A DNA stretch of 62,364 nucleotides, from positions 1 through 62,364 of the forward strand of contig JACPIE010000040.1 in the NCBI GenBank assembly GCA_016188245.1, in the 5' to 3' direction. The stretch's first letter is position 1, and every line of letters starts with the position of its first letter. Both the position numbers and the translations under genes were made by a program. This DNA comes from Candidatus Woesearchaeota archaeon (GTDB taxonomy: Archaea; Nanobdellota; Nanobdellia; Woesearchaeales; GW2011-AR4). Below the pieces are notes generated by a model. The model was given only the letters and a program-made list of their open reading frames with translations. It did not search any database and had not been told where the DNA came from. This document shows, one piece after another, positions 18,562-27,988 of this stretch.

Positions 18562-18993
18562 TTACTCTTCGTATTCGGCAACTTCTGCCATTTCAGCGGC
18601 TTTCTTGCCTTCTTCCTTGGAAGCTTTTGGGCCTCTGTAAATATAGGCAAAGTTAGGCACTGCTGCAATCCAGTTCTCCCCGAATCCCGCAATGTCTCCT
18701 TCTAATGCGTCGCATGTCTTCTTTAATTTGTTGATTGCCCGCTTCAGCTCGACCAAATCCTTGTCTTTCAACGGCTTGATATTTATTAATGCGATTGTAT
18801 GCCCTTCCCTTAAAGAGTCCAAAATCGGCTTTATGTGCTCAAACTCTTCAATCACAAAAGGCCTCACCATGAGCTTCGATTTTGCATCTGCGCGAGCCTC
18901 GCTTCCAAGCTCAACATACCCCTGCTCGGGCTCCTCAAACATGTCAGAACTCTGCGATCCCAATTTTTCCTTAAGTTTGCTTAAAAATCCCAT
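18562..18993 (-). CDS. sepF: Cell division protein SepF (archaeal type)
   Basis: N-terminal amphipathic MGFLSKLKEKLG; LKRAINKLKKTCDALEGDIAG; next to ZPR1 gene. Confidence 0.85.
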   Translation of the reverse strand: MGFLSKLKEKLGSQSSDMFEEPEQGYVELGSEARADAKSKLMVRPFVIEEFEHIKPILDSLREGHTIALINIKPLKDKDLVELKRAINKLKKTCDALEGDIAGFGENWIAAVPNFAYIYRGPKASKEEGKKAAEMAEVAEYEE

Positions 18994-19248
18994 CAAAATC
19001 ACCTTTTATAAGCCTAATTTTTAAATCAATTTTTATTTCATAAGCTGATATATAAATCTTTCTATTCTGGGGAGTAGTGAAAGAAAAATTAAATAAGCAT
19101 GCCAAAAATAAAGTATTGCCATCATCATAAATGAGTATCTTACCTAGCCATGAATTGGTTGATTGGCCAAGAAGCCAATAATTATTGCAGTTGAGAATAT
19201 AAAAATATTGGCAAATCTTTAAAAATACAATAAACCGGCAATTATACT

Positions 19249-19599
19249 ATGAAAGGCCCTATTCTATTAGTGGATGATGAAATAGCAGAGGTTCTTGGAG
19301 GTATACTAAAAGATGCAGGCTACTCTTCAATAAATTGCACCGATGGAAGCCATGCTATTCAACAAATACAAGGAGGCCTGGAGTATAAGCTAGCGATTGT
19401 AGATGTTGTGCTTCCCGATATGGACGGTGAACAAGTGATTAATGCGTCAAGAAAGAGGCATCCAGAAGTTCCTATTGTCAGCGTGAGCGGCTATAAAAAT
19501 AAACCTGCTGGTTCAGAGCATCATTTTGTAAAGCCATTTAATTTTGACGAGTTTTTTAGAATTATTGATTCATATTTTAAAGCCCAGCCATCTCAATAA
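19249..19599 (+). CDS. Single-domain response regulator
   Basis: ILLVDDE, D-x-x-LPDMDG, SG, KPF. Confidence 0.9.
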   Translation: MKGPILLVDDEIAEVLGGILKDAGYSSINCTDGSHAIQQIQGGLEYKLAIVDVVLPDMDGEQVINASRKRHPEVPIVSVSGYKNKPAGSEHHFVKPFNFDEFFRIIDSYFKAQPSQ

Positions 19600-19994
19600 T
19601 ATCTCTTTCTTCTCTGGTCTTCCTGCTCGCCTCTTGCAATTGCCTCTATGTTTGCAATCCTTTGGTTGATGCTCTCCATAGTTGCCTTTAAAGCGTCAAG
19701 CTTGCTCGATATCACTTCAAGATTTTTTGAATTAATATAATCATCATGGGAAGCGCCTTGCTGATAAGCCGGCTGCTGCTGGAAAGAAGGCTGGAAGCTT
19801 TGAGACTGCATGCTAGGCTGCTGGTATGAGGGATATTTTTGGAATGTCTGCTGAGGCTGCTGCTCCAAGCCCATTCCCAAGTCCGGAGACGGCCCTGTAT
19901 CGAGCCCCAGATCCTTATCCAGCCCGAGGTCTTTGCCTAAATCGCCAATATCATCCCTTTTCTTCCAAAAGGCTACCTTATCCAAGAAACTCAT
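19593..19994 (-). CDS. Hypothetical protein, Q/P-rich linker and C-terminal coiled coil
   Basis: GAGGTG RBS; core-like codon usage. Confidence 0.7.
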   Translation of the reverse strand: MSFLDKVAFWKKRDDIGDLGKDLGLDKDLGLDTGPSPDLGMGLEQQPQQTFQKYPSYQQPSMQSQSFQPSFQQQPAYQQGASHDDYINSKNLEVISSKLDALKATMESINQRIANIEAIARGEQEDQRRKRYY

Positions 19995-20048
19995 CTATTA
20001 CACCTCTTTGCATGCGCAATTGGATAATACCTATATAAACATTTTGCA

Positions 20049-20213
20049 TTAAGCTCCTTTCAGCACAAAATAAAGCACTCCAACCACAAACAGCATGGAA
20101 AGCACAAAAAAAAGAATCATAAAAAATTTTTCAAAAAGCTTATGCATGACGAACATTACAATAAAGTATGCAACAACAGCTCCGGCAACTATGGTCAATA
20201 TTGAAAAAGGCAT
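20049..20213 (-). CDS. Small two-TM membrane protein (54 aa, not in ORF track)
   Basis: MPFSILTIVAGAVVAYFIVMFVMHKLFEKFFMILFFVLSMLFVVGVLYFVLKGA, directly after the endonuclease III gene. Confidence 0.65.
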   Translation of the reverse strand: MPFSILTIVAGAVVAYFIVMFVMHKLFEKFFMILFFVLSMLFVVGVLYFVLKGA

Positions 20214-20214
20214 T

Positions 20215-20913
20215 TTATTTGTTATTGAAATGATTGCAATTCTTGCTTATGGGGCATTCCCGGCATAAAGGCTCCTTTTTGCATGTGTTTTTTCCCAATT
20301 CCACAAGCAATGCATGATGCTCATTAAATAACTTTTCGCTATTTGGCAGGCCCTGCATGAATAATTCCTGCAATTCTTCATAAGTTCGCTCTTTGTGCCC
20401 TATCCTGCTCATGATTCTTTTTGTGTAGGCATCAATTACAAAAACTGGCCGTTTAGCGGCATACAGGATAATTGAATCGGCTGTTTCAGGCCCTATTCCG
20501 CTGACAGACAACAGCTGTCTTCTAATCTCGGCAACATCATTTTTGAACAGCAAATCCAATCTCCCATTATGGTTCTTTAATAAAAAATCACAGAAATTCT
20601 TCAGTTTTTTTGCCTTCTGGTTATGGTAGCCGCTTGATTTTATGATTTGCGCTAATTTTTCATTTTTTATTTTAATTATTTTTTTAACATCAATCAAGTC
20701 ATTTTTGCTTAATCCAGTTATTGCCTTTTCAGCATTCTTCCAGCTAGTGTTTTGCGTCAGGATGGCGCCGAAGCATACCTCTAATTTTTGCTTTTTGTTC
20801 TTTGGCCCGCCGGAGTATTCAGGATGGAACTTTCCTTTTTCAGTAACAGGCCACCAAAGCTTAGGGCCTAAATGGGAAAGAAGTCGGTTATACATTACTA
20901 AAATTTTGTCCAT
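20215..20913 (-). CDS. Endonuclease III-like HhH-GPD glycosylase
   Basis: GAILTQNTSW, SGIGPETAD, IDAY, C-x6-C-x2-C-x5-C Fe-S motif. Confidence 0.9.
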   Translation of the reverse strand: MDKILVMYNRLLSHLGPKLWWPVTEKGKFHPEYSGGPKNKKQKLEVCFGAILTQNTSWKNAEKAITGLSKNDLIDVKKIIKIKNEKLAQIIKSSGYHNQKAKKLKNFCDFLLKNHNGRLDLLFKNDVAEIRRQLLSVSGIGPETADSIILYAAKRPVFVIDAYTKRIMSRIGHKERTYEELQELFMQGLPNSEKLFNEHHALLVELGKNTCKKEPLCRECPISKNCNHFNNK

Positions 20914-21022
20914 AAAGTTAGAGTAAGAATTTATTATTTAAATGTTCACTAATCAAAATTTAATTTCAACCAAACTTAATAAAAATTGAATGATAAGAAC
21001 ATCTCTTGTTAATATAAGAATA

Positions 21023-21331
21023 TTACTCTGCGTTTATGGGTTCAGCTTTTTTTGTTAAATAAATATGACCCTGAGGCGGGGTAGCTGTAAATTTTTTATC
21101 ATACACTACCTTGCCGCAAAGATAATCGGATGAAATGTTAGGTTGTAGGATATCTCTAAATGATTTAGGCATAATTGGTGGAGTCAGTGATCCATGGGTA
21201 TGCCTATCACCATTCAGACTAATTTCATAAGCAGAACCGTCATCATCTATACTAACCCGTATTTGTATCGGACCTGCTTTAGAGAGTTCTGTAACCACTA
21301 AAGCCAATTTATCTGGTGATAATTCCCCCAT
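21023..21331 (-). CDS. Hypothetical protein
   Basis: 102-aa ORF with upstream TATA-like motif. Confidence 0.5.
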   Translation of the reverse strand: MGELSPDKLALVVTELSKAGPIQIRVSIDDDGSAYEISLNGDRHTHGSLTPPIMPKSFRDILQPNISSDYLCGKVVYDKKFTATPPQGHIYLTKKAEPINAE

Positions 21332-21396
21332 AAATAAGTTCAGGATTATATCCTTTATAAATCTTTCTATTTTTAACCATCAAGAAGTGATAACAT

Positions 21397-21777
21397 TTAA
21401 GAAATCAGCACAGCATTCACAATCCCGTCCTGCCCGGGCCTCGACGTTATTCTTGCCTTGCCAAGCTCTGTATCGACGACAGCGCCTTTTGTCATTATGT
21501 TTCGCCTTATGAAATGCCTGTTGGCAGGATTGCCCGTAATTGTCTTTATCTTGGCCTGCTTGAAAGACTTTGACTTGGGATCAAACAAATTTGCAGTATC
21601 TGTGCTGAGCAGCCTGGCCTTTATGTTGCCGCCCATCACCCTTATAGTTTGCATTCTTTTCTTGCCGAGCTTTGTGAAAGAGGGTTCTCTTCCTAATTCG
21701 TACTGCTTTTTCTTGCGGTAGCCAATGTACCTTCCGCCTGTTGCCTTCCTTTTCGGCCTTGACTGGGATAATGCCAT
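21397..21777 (-). CDS. rps8e: 30S ribosomal protein S8e
   Basis: RKATGGR, YELGRE, RRNIMTKGA, TSRPGQDG. Confidence 0.97.
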   Translation of the reverse strand: MALSQSRPKRKATGGRYIGYRKKKQYELGREPSFTKLGKKRMQTIRVMGGNIKARLLSTDTANLFDPKSKSFKQAKIKTITGNPANRHFIRRNIMTKGAVVDTELGKARITSRPGQDGIVNAVLIS

Positions 21778-21861
21778 AAAGCAAGGGTTTTTTGATGGTT
21801 TAAATATGTTTCTGTATTTGTTTCGATAGTTATTTATTTATGCTCAGCCAGTTTTATCCTT

Positions 21862-22269
21862 ATGGAAATTATTGAGTTATCCTTGGTGGCTGTTTTATTG
21901 GTTTGCATGGCACTTGCTGCATACGCAATCGGAAAGCATATTGCCAAAAAAGGGTTTGAGGATAGGATACCTGAAATAAGGGAAGATGCCATAAGCCAGT
22001 CAAAAGCTGTCCGCGACGGCCAGCTTAACCAGCACATGGCGCCTTTTCTTCCGGATTTTCCATACAATCATACTGAAGCAAGGTTTATGGGTGAGCCGAT
22101 TGATTTCATTGTTTTCAGAGGAATTGATGGCAGGAATGTAAGCGAGATAGTTTTCGTAGAAGTAAAGACGGCAAAAAGCCAGCTGTCTGATGTCCAGAAA
22201 AGCATTAAATCTGCAATTCAGGGCAGTAAAGTGTCGTGGCACGAATATAGAATTCCGAACAGGGATTAA
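21862..22269 (+). CDS. Holliday junction resolvase-like PD-(D/E)xK protein with N-terminal TM
   Basis: RFMGEPIDFIVF...FVEVKT. Confidence 0.85.
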   Translation: MEIIELSLVAVLLVCMALAAYAIGKHIAKKGFEDRIPEIREDAISQSKAVRDGQLNQHMAPFLPDFPYNHTEARFMGEPIDFIVFRGIDGRNVSEIVFVEVKTAKSQLSDVQKSIKSAIQGSKVSWHEYRIPNRD

Positions 22270-22318
22270 AAACATTTATAAATGAACTGATTTTTCGGAT
22301 GCTTAGTGTTTTAATTTG

Positions 22319-22543
22319 ATGGAACAGGCAAGGCCGTTGGACGCATTAAACAAGTCCAGGGACAAGAGGATTATTGTAGAGCTTAAGAACAACAAGCAGT
22401 TCATAGGCAAGCTTAAGTCTTTTGACATTCATATAAATGTAGTTCTTGACGATGTTGAAGAGAGGGTCAACGGCGAAGTTTCAAGAAAGTTCAACACCGT
22501 ATTCATAAGGGGCGACACGATAACTGTGATATCAACAGAGTAG
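22319..22543 (+). CDS. Sm/Lsm-like RNA-binding protein
   Basis: RPLDAL, GKLKSFDIHINVVL, IRGD. Confidence 0.95.
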   Translation: MEQARPLDALNKSRDKRIIVELKNNKQFIGKLKSFDIHINVVLDDVEERVNGEVSRKFNTVFIRGDTITVISTE

Positions 22544-22570
22544 ATTTCTAGATAAAATGAAAGGAAATCC

Positions 22571-22678
22571 ATCAAATTTTTGCAAAACACTAAAAAATCA
22601 AGGATTTTTTGTGCCCCAAAAACTGAAGTTTTTGTGGGAATTTGATAAAAAGCACGCAAGTGCCATTTTCAATGGCAC
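22571..22678. repeat. Multi-hairpin insertion between Sm and rpl37e
   Basis: ATCAAATT...AATTTGAT enclosing two hairpins; further GTGCCATT/AATGGCAC hairpin. Confidence 0.6.
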
Positions 22679-22690
22679 GAGGTTGAACAA

Positions 22691-22861
22691 ATGAAAGGCA
22701 CTCCATCAATGGGCGCAAAGTCCGGCAAGAAGAACATGATATACTGCCGGCGCTGCGGCAAAAGGACATTTAACATAGGCAGCAAGAAAAGATGCAGCTC
22801 ATGCGGCTATGGCAAGAGCAAAAGACTGAGAAGCTACGCCTGGCAGAAGAAGATAAGGTAG
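22691..22861 (+). CDS. rpl37e: 50S ribosomal protein L37e (not in ORF track)
   Basis: MKGTPSMG...CRRCG...CSSCGYG...RSYAW; usual position after Sm. Confidence 0.96.
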   Translation: MKGTPSMGAKSGKKNMIYCRRCGKRTFNIGSKKRCSSCGYGKSKRLRSYAWQKKIR

Positions 22862-22943
22862 AATTCAGTTCTTGGCCCATCAACAGGCAATCTTAAAGTT
22901 TTTAGCAAAGATTTTTAAACAAATATTCCAAACTTTTCATTAT

Positions 22944-23102
22944 GCGGAGGTGCCGGAGACTCGCAAGCGATTCGCTCGCAAGCCGCAATGGCCAAACGGG
23001 ATAGGCTTAGGCAAGGCATCCATTGGTGTAATGAGCTGATGCGATGAATTGAAGACACCTATTGGCTTAGTGCCTACGCAGGTTCGAATCCTGTCCTCCG
23101 CA
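22944..23102 (+). tRNA. tRNA-Leu(TAG) with a D-loop insertion (about 22959-22988) and a 37/38 intron (23012-23056)
   Basis: Acceptor GCGGAGG/CCTCCGC-A, ATAGG/CCTAT anticodon stem, long V-arm, GGTTCGAATCC. Confidence 0.85.
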
Positions 23103-23274
23103 CTCATATTTTTAAATCAGGGTTTTGCAGATTTCACAAGGCTGTCTTTCCGGCTTCATTTATGGCTCAGGAAATGATTTTGCCAAATACGGCATCTCAC
23201 CCCGGATTCTCGGATTTTTATCAAATATTTGCAGCCGTAATTTTTATATATAAGTTTAGATATCCATTTTCAAA

Positions 23275-23499
23275 ATGGGAAAAAAAGACAAGCCAAAGAA
23301 GATGAGCGTGAAGAAAGAGAGGTACTTGAAGTTCAGGAAGGAAAAGCCTTCTTCTATGACGGTTGCAATGCCGGACCTGACGGAAGAGCAAGTGCATCAG
23401 CGAAAGACCGACCAGCAGCTGGTTGACAATTTCTGGCGCACTTACAGGAGGCCGCCTCCAAGGTTTGTGAATGAAAGGAAGGCAAAGAGCAAGAGATAG
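23275..23499 (+). CDS. Small basic hypothetical protein
   Basis: K/R-rich 74-aa ORF, TATA upstream. Confidence 0.65.
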   Translation: MGKKDKPKKMSVKKERYLKFRKEKPSSMTVAMPDLTEEQVHQRKTDQQLVDNFWRTYRRPPPRFVNERKAKSKR

Positions 23500-23524
23500 A
23501 TTTCCTGATTTTATAAAAACTGAT

Positions 23525-23917
23525 TTATTTGCCTGTTTTTCTAAAAAGTCTTGGAGTTGCTGTCGTTGATTCTAACCCTCCAGGTAATTGTGGCTTGTAA
23601 ATGCCGGAAAGCAGCCTGTCCTCTTCCCTGATTGCCGCATACTCATAACCAAAAATGCGAGCAAGTTTTCTGCATTCTTCTATTCTTTGTGCTTGGACAT
23701 TAATTCCCTGCGAATTTATGGCATTTAACGTCAAGCCTTCCAGCAGTTTTTCTTCGACATCAACACCGATTATTAGCGGTTGGGTTGGGTAGTATAGGTA
23801 CTCTATCCATTTTTTTGCATCTTCAGTAATTCTCACGGACTGAATAAGGTATAGCAAACCTTTGAGTTCCCTGACTAAAAATGGGCCGCCATCAGACTCC
23901 CAGATTATTTGACTCAT
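23525..23917 (-). CDS. Hypothetical protein
   Basis: 130-aa ORF. Confidence 0.55.
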   Translation of the reverse strand: MSQIIWESDGGPFLVRELKGLLYLIQSVRITEDAKKWIEYLYYPTQPLIIGVDVEEKLLEGLTLNAINSQGINVQAQRIEECRKLARIFGYEYAAIREEDRLLSGIYKPQLPGGLESTTATPRLFRKTGK

Positions 23918-23942
23918 GTTTTTTAGCGGGATTGATTTATAG

Positions 23943-24040
23943 TATAGAGAATTTTGAAAAAACTATCAAATTGTCAAAATTCTCTAAGAGAACTTTGAAT
24001 CAAATATATAAAACTAATGAATTATTCAAAGTTCTCTATA
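23943..24040. repeat. Four-arm palindromic element
   Basis: AGAGAATTTTGA/TCAAAATTCTCT then GAGAACTTTGAAT/ATTCAAAGTTCTC, TATA at both ends. Confidence 0.75.
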
Positions 24041-24307
24041 TATAACTTTTTTATGAATCGGGGAAATTTTACCGTAAAAAATACCCCAGTATACTAATCT
24101 GTATACGACAAATCAAAAGATTTTTATAGGAAGCTAACAATAAAGATTATACGTGGGGGTGTACATTTTGAGGCTTTTTTCTGATAATGACAAGCGGGAC
24201 TATATTACAGTAGACGGAAGTGTGTACACCCACAGGCAGATTGAAACGAGAAACGGGATTATTTTTATGAGGATGAAGAAGAGAATCCTAAAACGACCTG
24301 ATTAAAA

Positions 24308-24472
24308 ATGAAGAAGAAAGACATGAAGCTGATGCTTCTGGTTGCAATCATAGTTATCGTTGTGTGGCTTCTGATAAAATTTATCAGCTCCGTCCCTTTT
24401 TGGGTATGGCTGCTGGTTATTGGAATAGTTGCCTATTTGAACTGGGCAAAGATTAGGAATATGCTGTCATGA
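24308..24472 (+). CDS. Small membrane protein (54 aa)
   Basis: Two hydrophobic segments; ATGA overlap with the next ORF. Confidence 0.7.
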   Translation: MKKKDMKLMLLVAIIVIVVWLLIKFISSVPFWVWLLVIGIVAYLNWAKIRNMLS

Positions 24473-24648
24473 AAATTAAGTATAAGTTTCTGGTTCTGAT
24501 TGTTGTTTTGATTTTAATCATTAACATAACCTTGCTTGCATTGAACAAAATCAATGAAATTTTGTTTTGGGCAGTTATAGCTGTGGCTGCTGTTTTTGCT
24601 TATGTGATTTTGCCTAAGATGAAAGCAAAGCTTAATTTTAACCAATAA
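24469..24648 (+). CDS. Small membrane protein (59 aa)
   Basis: MKIKYKFLVLIVVLILIINITLLAL...FWAVIAVAAVFAYVILPK. Confidence 0.7.
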   Translation: MKIKYKFLVLIVVLILIINITLLALNKINEILFWAVIAVAAVFAYVILPKMKAKLNFNQ

Positions 24649-24857
24649 TAAGGAACAGTTGGGTAGGGAATGGTAGGGGCTTCGCTGTTTTTTCCCAACC
24701 AGTTTTTAAGGCTGTCAGTTATAGTTTTTCAATATTGCTATTGGATACTTTTAACTGTAAATGAGTTTTTACAGCTACGCACCCCCAAAAAATGATAGGA
24801 TTTATCGGTATTTATATGTTGCCTATATACATCTTATAGAAAATAAAAATAAAAGGC

Positions 24858-25007
24858 TTATTTAGCCTTTCCAAGAATCCTGAAAACCTTTGTGCCGCAT
24901 GCGCCGCACACTCCTTTCATGGCTTTCATGCCATTCTTCATTGTGACTTCCTTGCCGTCTTTGATTTCAACTTCTTTCCTGCATCTCATGCATCTTCCTC
25001 TTGCCAT
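24858..25007 (-). CDS. DUF5679-like small zinc-ribbon protein (49 aa)
   Basis: MARGRCMRCRKEVEIKDGKEVTMKNGMKAMKGVCGACGTKVFRILGKAK; GAGGTG RBS. Confidence 0.85.
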   Translation of the reverse strand: MARGRCMRCRKEVEIKDGKEVTMKNGMKAMKGVCGACGTKVFRILGKAK

Positions 25008-25149
25008 TCTTTACGCACCTCGGGTTTTTAAACAAATCTAGGATTTTTAACCTATGAGCTGGTAAGATATCAAGTTATATATAAACATTTGGTTTTTTAC
25101 GAGTGATTTGTTACTTCTGGGTTGAGAATAAGGTGATTAATGTAATAAT

Positions 25150-25815
25150 TCATTCCACAATCTCCAGCAGCTCCTTAATGTCATCTATCTCATAATCCGC
25201 TCCAAGCGGGTTTGCCTTTGGATTTCCGTATTTTGCGAAGCAAGTCGGCATTCCGAGCTTCTTGGCGCCTTTGATGTCTCTTTCGGGCCTGTCGCCAACC
25301 ATGAGGCATTCATACGGCTTGACCTTGAGTTTTCTGAAAGCCACTTCAAAAGGCTTTGCGCTCGGCTTAAACTCCTTAGTGTCTTCAAAAGCCACAACCA
25401 CATCAAACAAATGGTTTATCTTCATTGAAACCAGCCTTATCCATGCCTTTAATCTTGGCGCATCAGAAACAATAGCCAGCTTTATGCCCCTTCTTTTAAG
25501 CTCAAATAAGGCAGCTATTACATGAGGGTACGGCTCAAGAAAGCCTGCCCTTACCCTCCTGTAAGCGACTATGCCGCTTGCCAGCACTTCGTAATCAATG
25601 TTTTTTGTCAGCTTCTTGAGGAATTTCTGGAATATCGTCTTTTCTTCCAACCCATATTTGTCATAAAGGGAGAAAAGCTCCTTTATTGCTTTGCCTTTCT
25701 TAACATTCAAGCCGGCGCCAATCATTGCGGTTATGGCAGCATCGCAGCTTAATTTCTTCATCCTCATGAAATCTATCAAAGTGTTGTCCAAATCGAAGAT
25801 GATTGCTTTAAGCAT
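25150..25815 (-). CDS. HAD-superfamily hydrolase
   Basis: FDLDNTL, KP, MVGDRPERDI. Confidence 0.93.
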   Translation of the reverse strand: MLKAIIFDLDNTLIDFMRMKKLSCDAAITAMIGAGLNVKKGKAIKELFSLYDKYGLEEKTIFQKFLKKLTKNIDYEVLASGIVAYRRVRAGFLEPYPHVIAALFELKRRGIKLAIVSDAPRLKAWIRLVSMKINHLFDVVVAFEDTKEFKPSAKPFEVAFRKLKVKPYECLMVGDRPERDIKGAKKLGMPTCFAKYGNPKANPLGADYEIDDIKELLEIVE

Positions 25816-25874
25816 AAGGGGGATAAAACTAATTTATTATAAAAAACTATTGAAAAGCAAATTCAAAATAATGA

Positions 25875-26723
25875 TTACTTGATGCTCTCCTTAAAAAACC
25901 CAATAACCTTTTTCTCGTATTTTTCAGGATTAACTGAATGCGTCATCCCGTGGTCTGCATCTTCAACAATCCAAAGCTCTGCTTTTTTGTTTGCATCATG
26001 CAGCAGATAGGCTTCGTTTACAGGAATCTGGGAATCTTTTTCTGCGTGTATAATTAATATTGGAATTTCAAGATGTTTAATGCTGTCAGCAGGGCTTGCA
26101 TCGCCAATGTTTATATTTAAAAACAGAAGCCCATACAATTTTGTCAGGTAAGCCAGCGGGTATTTAAAAATAAAAAACATGCCGTACATATGCTCAACCA
26201 TATTGGTTAATTTTGCATATGCGCTGTCTGTTACAACAGCCTTGACATTGTCGTGCTTTGCCATCAAAGCAACCGCCCCTCCCAATGAAAAGCCGTAAAG
26301 CCCTATTTCTGCCATGTTTTTTTCTTTTTCCAGATATTTGATAGCCCCAAGCAAGTCCTTTTTTTCAAGATAGCCGGCAGTCGTGTACCTGCCTTCGCTG
26401 TTTCCAAAGCTTCTGAAGTCAAACAAAAATACGTTAAAATCTTTTGCAAGAAATTCGGCAATTTCGAGAAGATTAGCTTTGTCGGCAGGATACCCGTGCA
26501 TCACAATGATTGCTGATTTTGTTTTGTTGTTTGGAATGAGCCAGCCGCTTAATTTTATTCCGTCAGTGCTTTTGAAAGAAACTTCCTCGTATTTTAATCC
26601 TAAATCAGATGGAATCAGGTTTGTTGTTATCTTTTTAGGATGGATTGACATAAGAAATGTTAATAAAGAAAATATTACAAGGAATAACACAACAAACAAT
26701 AATGTTTTAAGCCAGATTTGCAT
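25875..26723 (-). CDS. Membrane-anchored alpha/beta hydrolase
   Basis: HGY, GFSLGG nucleophile elbow, D and H of triad. Confidence 0.92.
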   Translation of the reverse strand: MQIWLKTLLFVVLFLVIFSLLTFLMSIHPKKITTNLIPSDLGLKYEEVSFKSTDGIKLSGWLIPNNKTKSAIIVMHGYPADKANLLEIAEFLAKDFNVFLFDFRSFGNSEGRYTTAGYLEKKDLLGAIKYLEKEKNMAEIGLYGFSLGGAVALMAKHDNVKAVVTDSAYAKLTNMVEHMYGMFFIFKYPLAYLTKLYGLLFLNINIGDASPADSIKHLEIPILIIHAEKDSQIPVNEAYLLHDANKKAELWIVEDADHGMTHSVNPEKYEKKVIGFFKESIK

Positions 26724-26880
26724 GTTTATCCTGTTTATCGGGAAGTATAAAAAGATTGCTAAAATCGACGAAAAGATTATTTCATAAAATTTTATTACAT
26801 AAGTTTATTACATAATAGTCATTAAAATTCAGCATTTAAATAGAAATTTATTTATATTCAATTAAACTAAACTACAAATT

Positions 26881-27927
26881 GTGACGTTTATGAACTCTCA
26901 AGATAATATTATCGTGATGAAACCTGATATTAAAGAAGAGATAGCTAAGAAAAGAGGTTTTGTACCTATATCAAAAGAAGATCCTTTATGGAGAAATATG
27001 TATAAAAGTATTGATTTTATTGTTGAATGTTCATCTCCAGCTCCAAAATCTCCAAAGCAGGGGGTGTTGCCTGGATTTGAAGACAATGGTTACCTTGGTT
27101 TTGCTGATAATACGCCAGCAGATAAACCATCAATAATTTCAACTTATGAAGCTTTAGCTTCCTTATGGTGGGCAGAGCAAGGATTGCATATTGATGATGC
27201 TGTATCAAGACTTTTAGATAGAAGAGGTGATGATGCATTTATAAAAATAGCTAGATTTACTGCAAAATGTTTTGGTAGGGGGTCTAGCGGAGAATATTTA
27301 GCATTTAAACCAACACCTTCAGGTTTAGAATTAGATGTAGAATCAACGCATAGGGGAGTTGAAATTTTATATTTATTAGCTGATGCATTTGGCGAACAAC
27401 GAGCATTTCCTGAATTTCAAAGAATTGTAGGTGATAATGGTTTTTTAGAAGTGTATAAATTTATAAAAGCATGTTTTTCAAAAGAAAGAGGTCCTGTAGC
27501 TGAATTTTTTGGAATAGAACCAAATTTTGGAGCATACCGACCACTTCCTAATCAAGGAAAATTAAACATTCACAGCACTTATGGCGCTTTAGAAACATTA
27601 AAATTCATTGCTCCTTATATAGGTGAGCAAGGAAAATCTCTTGTTGGAGAAGTGAAAGAAAATACTATTTTAATAAGAAATTTTATCAGACTATTTAGAA
27701 ACAGATTTGGATTTTTGCCTGGGTCCGAACAAAATGTGCTTTCGACTCATGAAGCTATGGAAATTTCAGAAATTTTATTCTGGTTTAATCATCCTGATAA
27801 AATTAGAGATAAAGAAGCTCTTAGAGAATTTGAAAAACAATTTTATGACCCAAAAAAATTAGTTGATTTTGTAATGAGATGTTATAATCCTACAACCGGT
27901 GGTTTTGCTGGATATGCGCTTCGTTAA
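26881..27927 (+). CDS. Prenyltransferase/squalene-cyclase-like repeat protein, AT-rich
   Basis: Repeated GF/GAY...ST(Y/H)x(A/G) units; ends YNPTTGGFAG. Confidence 0.5.
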   Translation: MTFMNSQDNIIVMKPDIKEEIAKKRGFVPISKEDPLWRNMYKSIDFIVECSSPAPKSPKQGVLPGFEDNGYLGFADNTPADKPSIISTYEALASLWWAEQGLHIDDAVSRLLDRRGDDAFIKIARFTAKCFGRGSSGEYLAFKPTPSGLELDVESTHRGVEILYLLADAFGEQRAFPEFQRIVGDNGFLEVYKFIKACFSKERGPVAEFFGIEPNFGAYRPLPNQGKLNIHSTYGALETLKFIAPYIGEQGKSLVGEVKENTILIRNFIRLFRNRFGFLPGSEQNVLSTHEAMEISEILFWFNHPDKIRDKEALREFEKQFYDPKKLVDFVMRCYNPTTGGFAGYALR

Positions 27928-27988
27928 AATTTATGAATAATTCTACCTAATCACAACCTTTAAAAATCGCCTTCAATTCTGAAACTGC

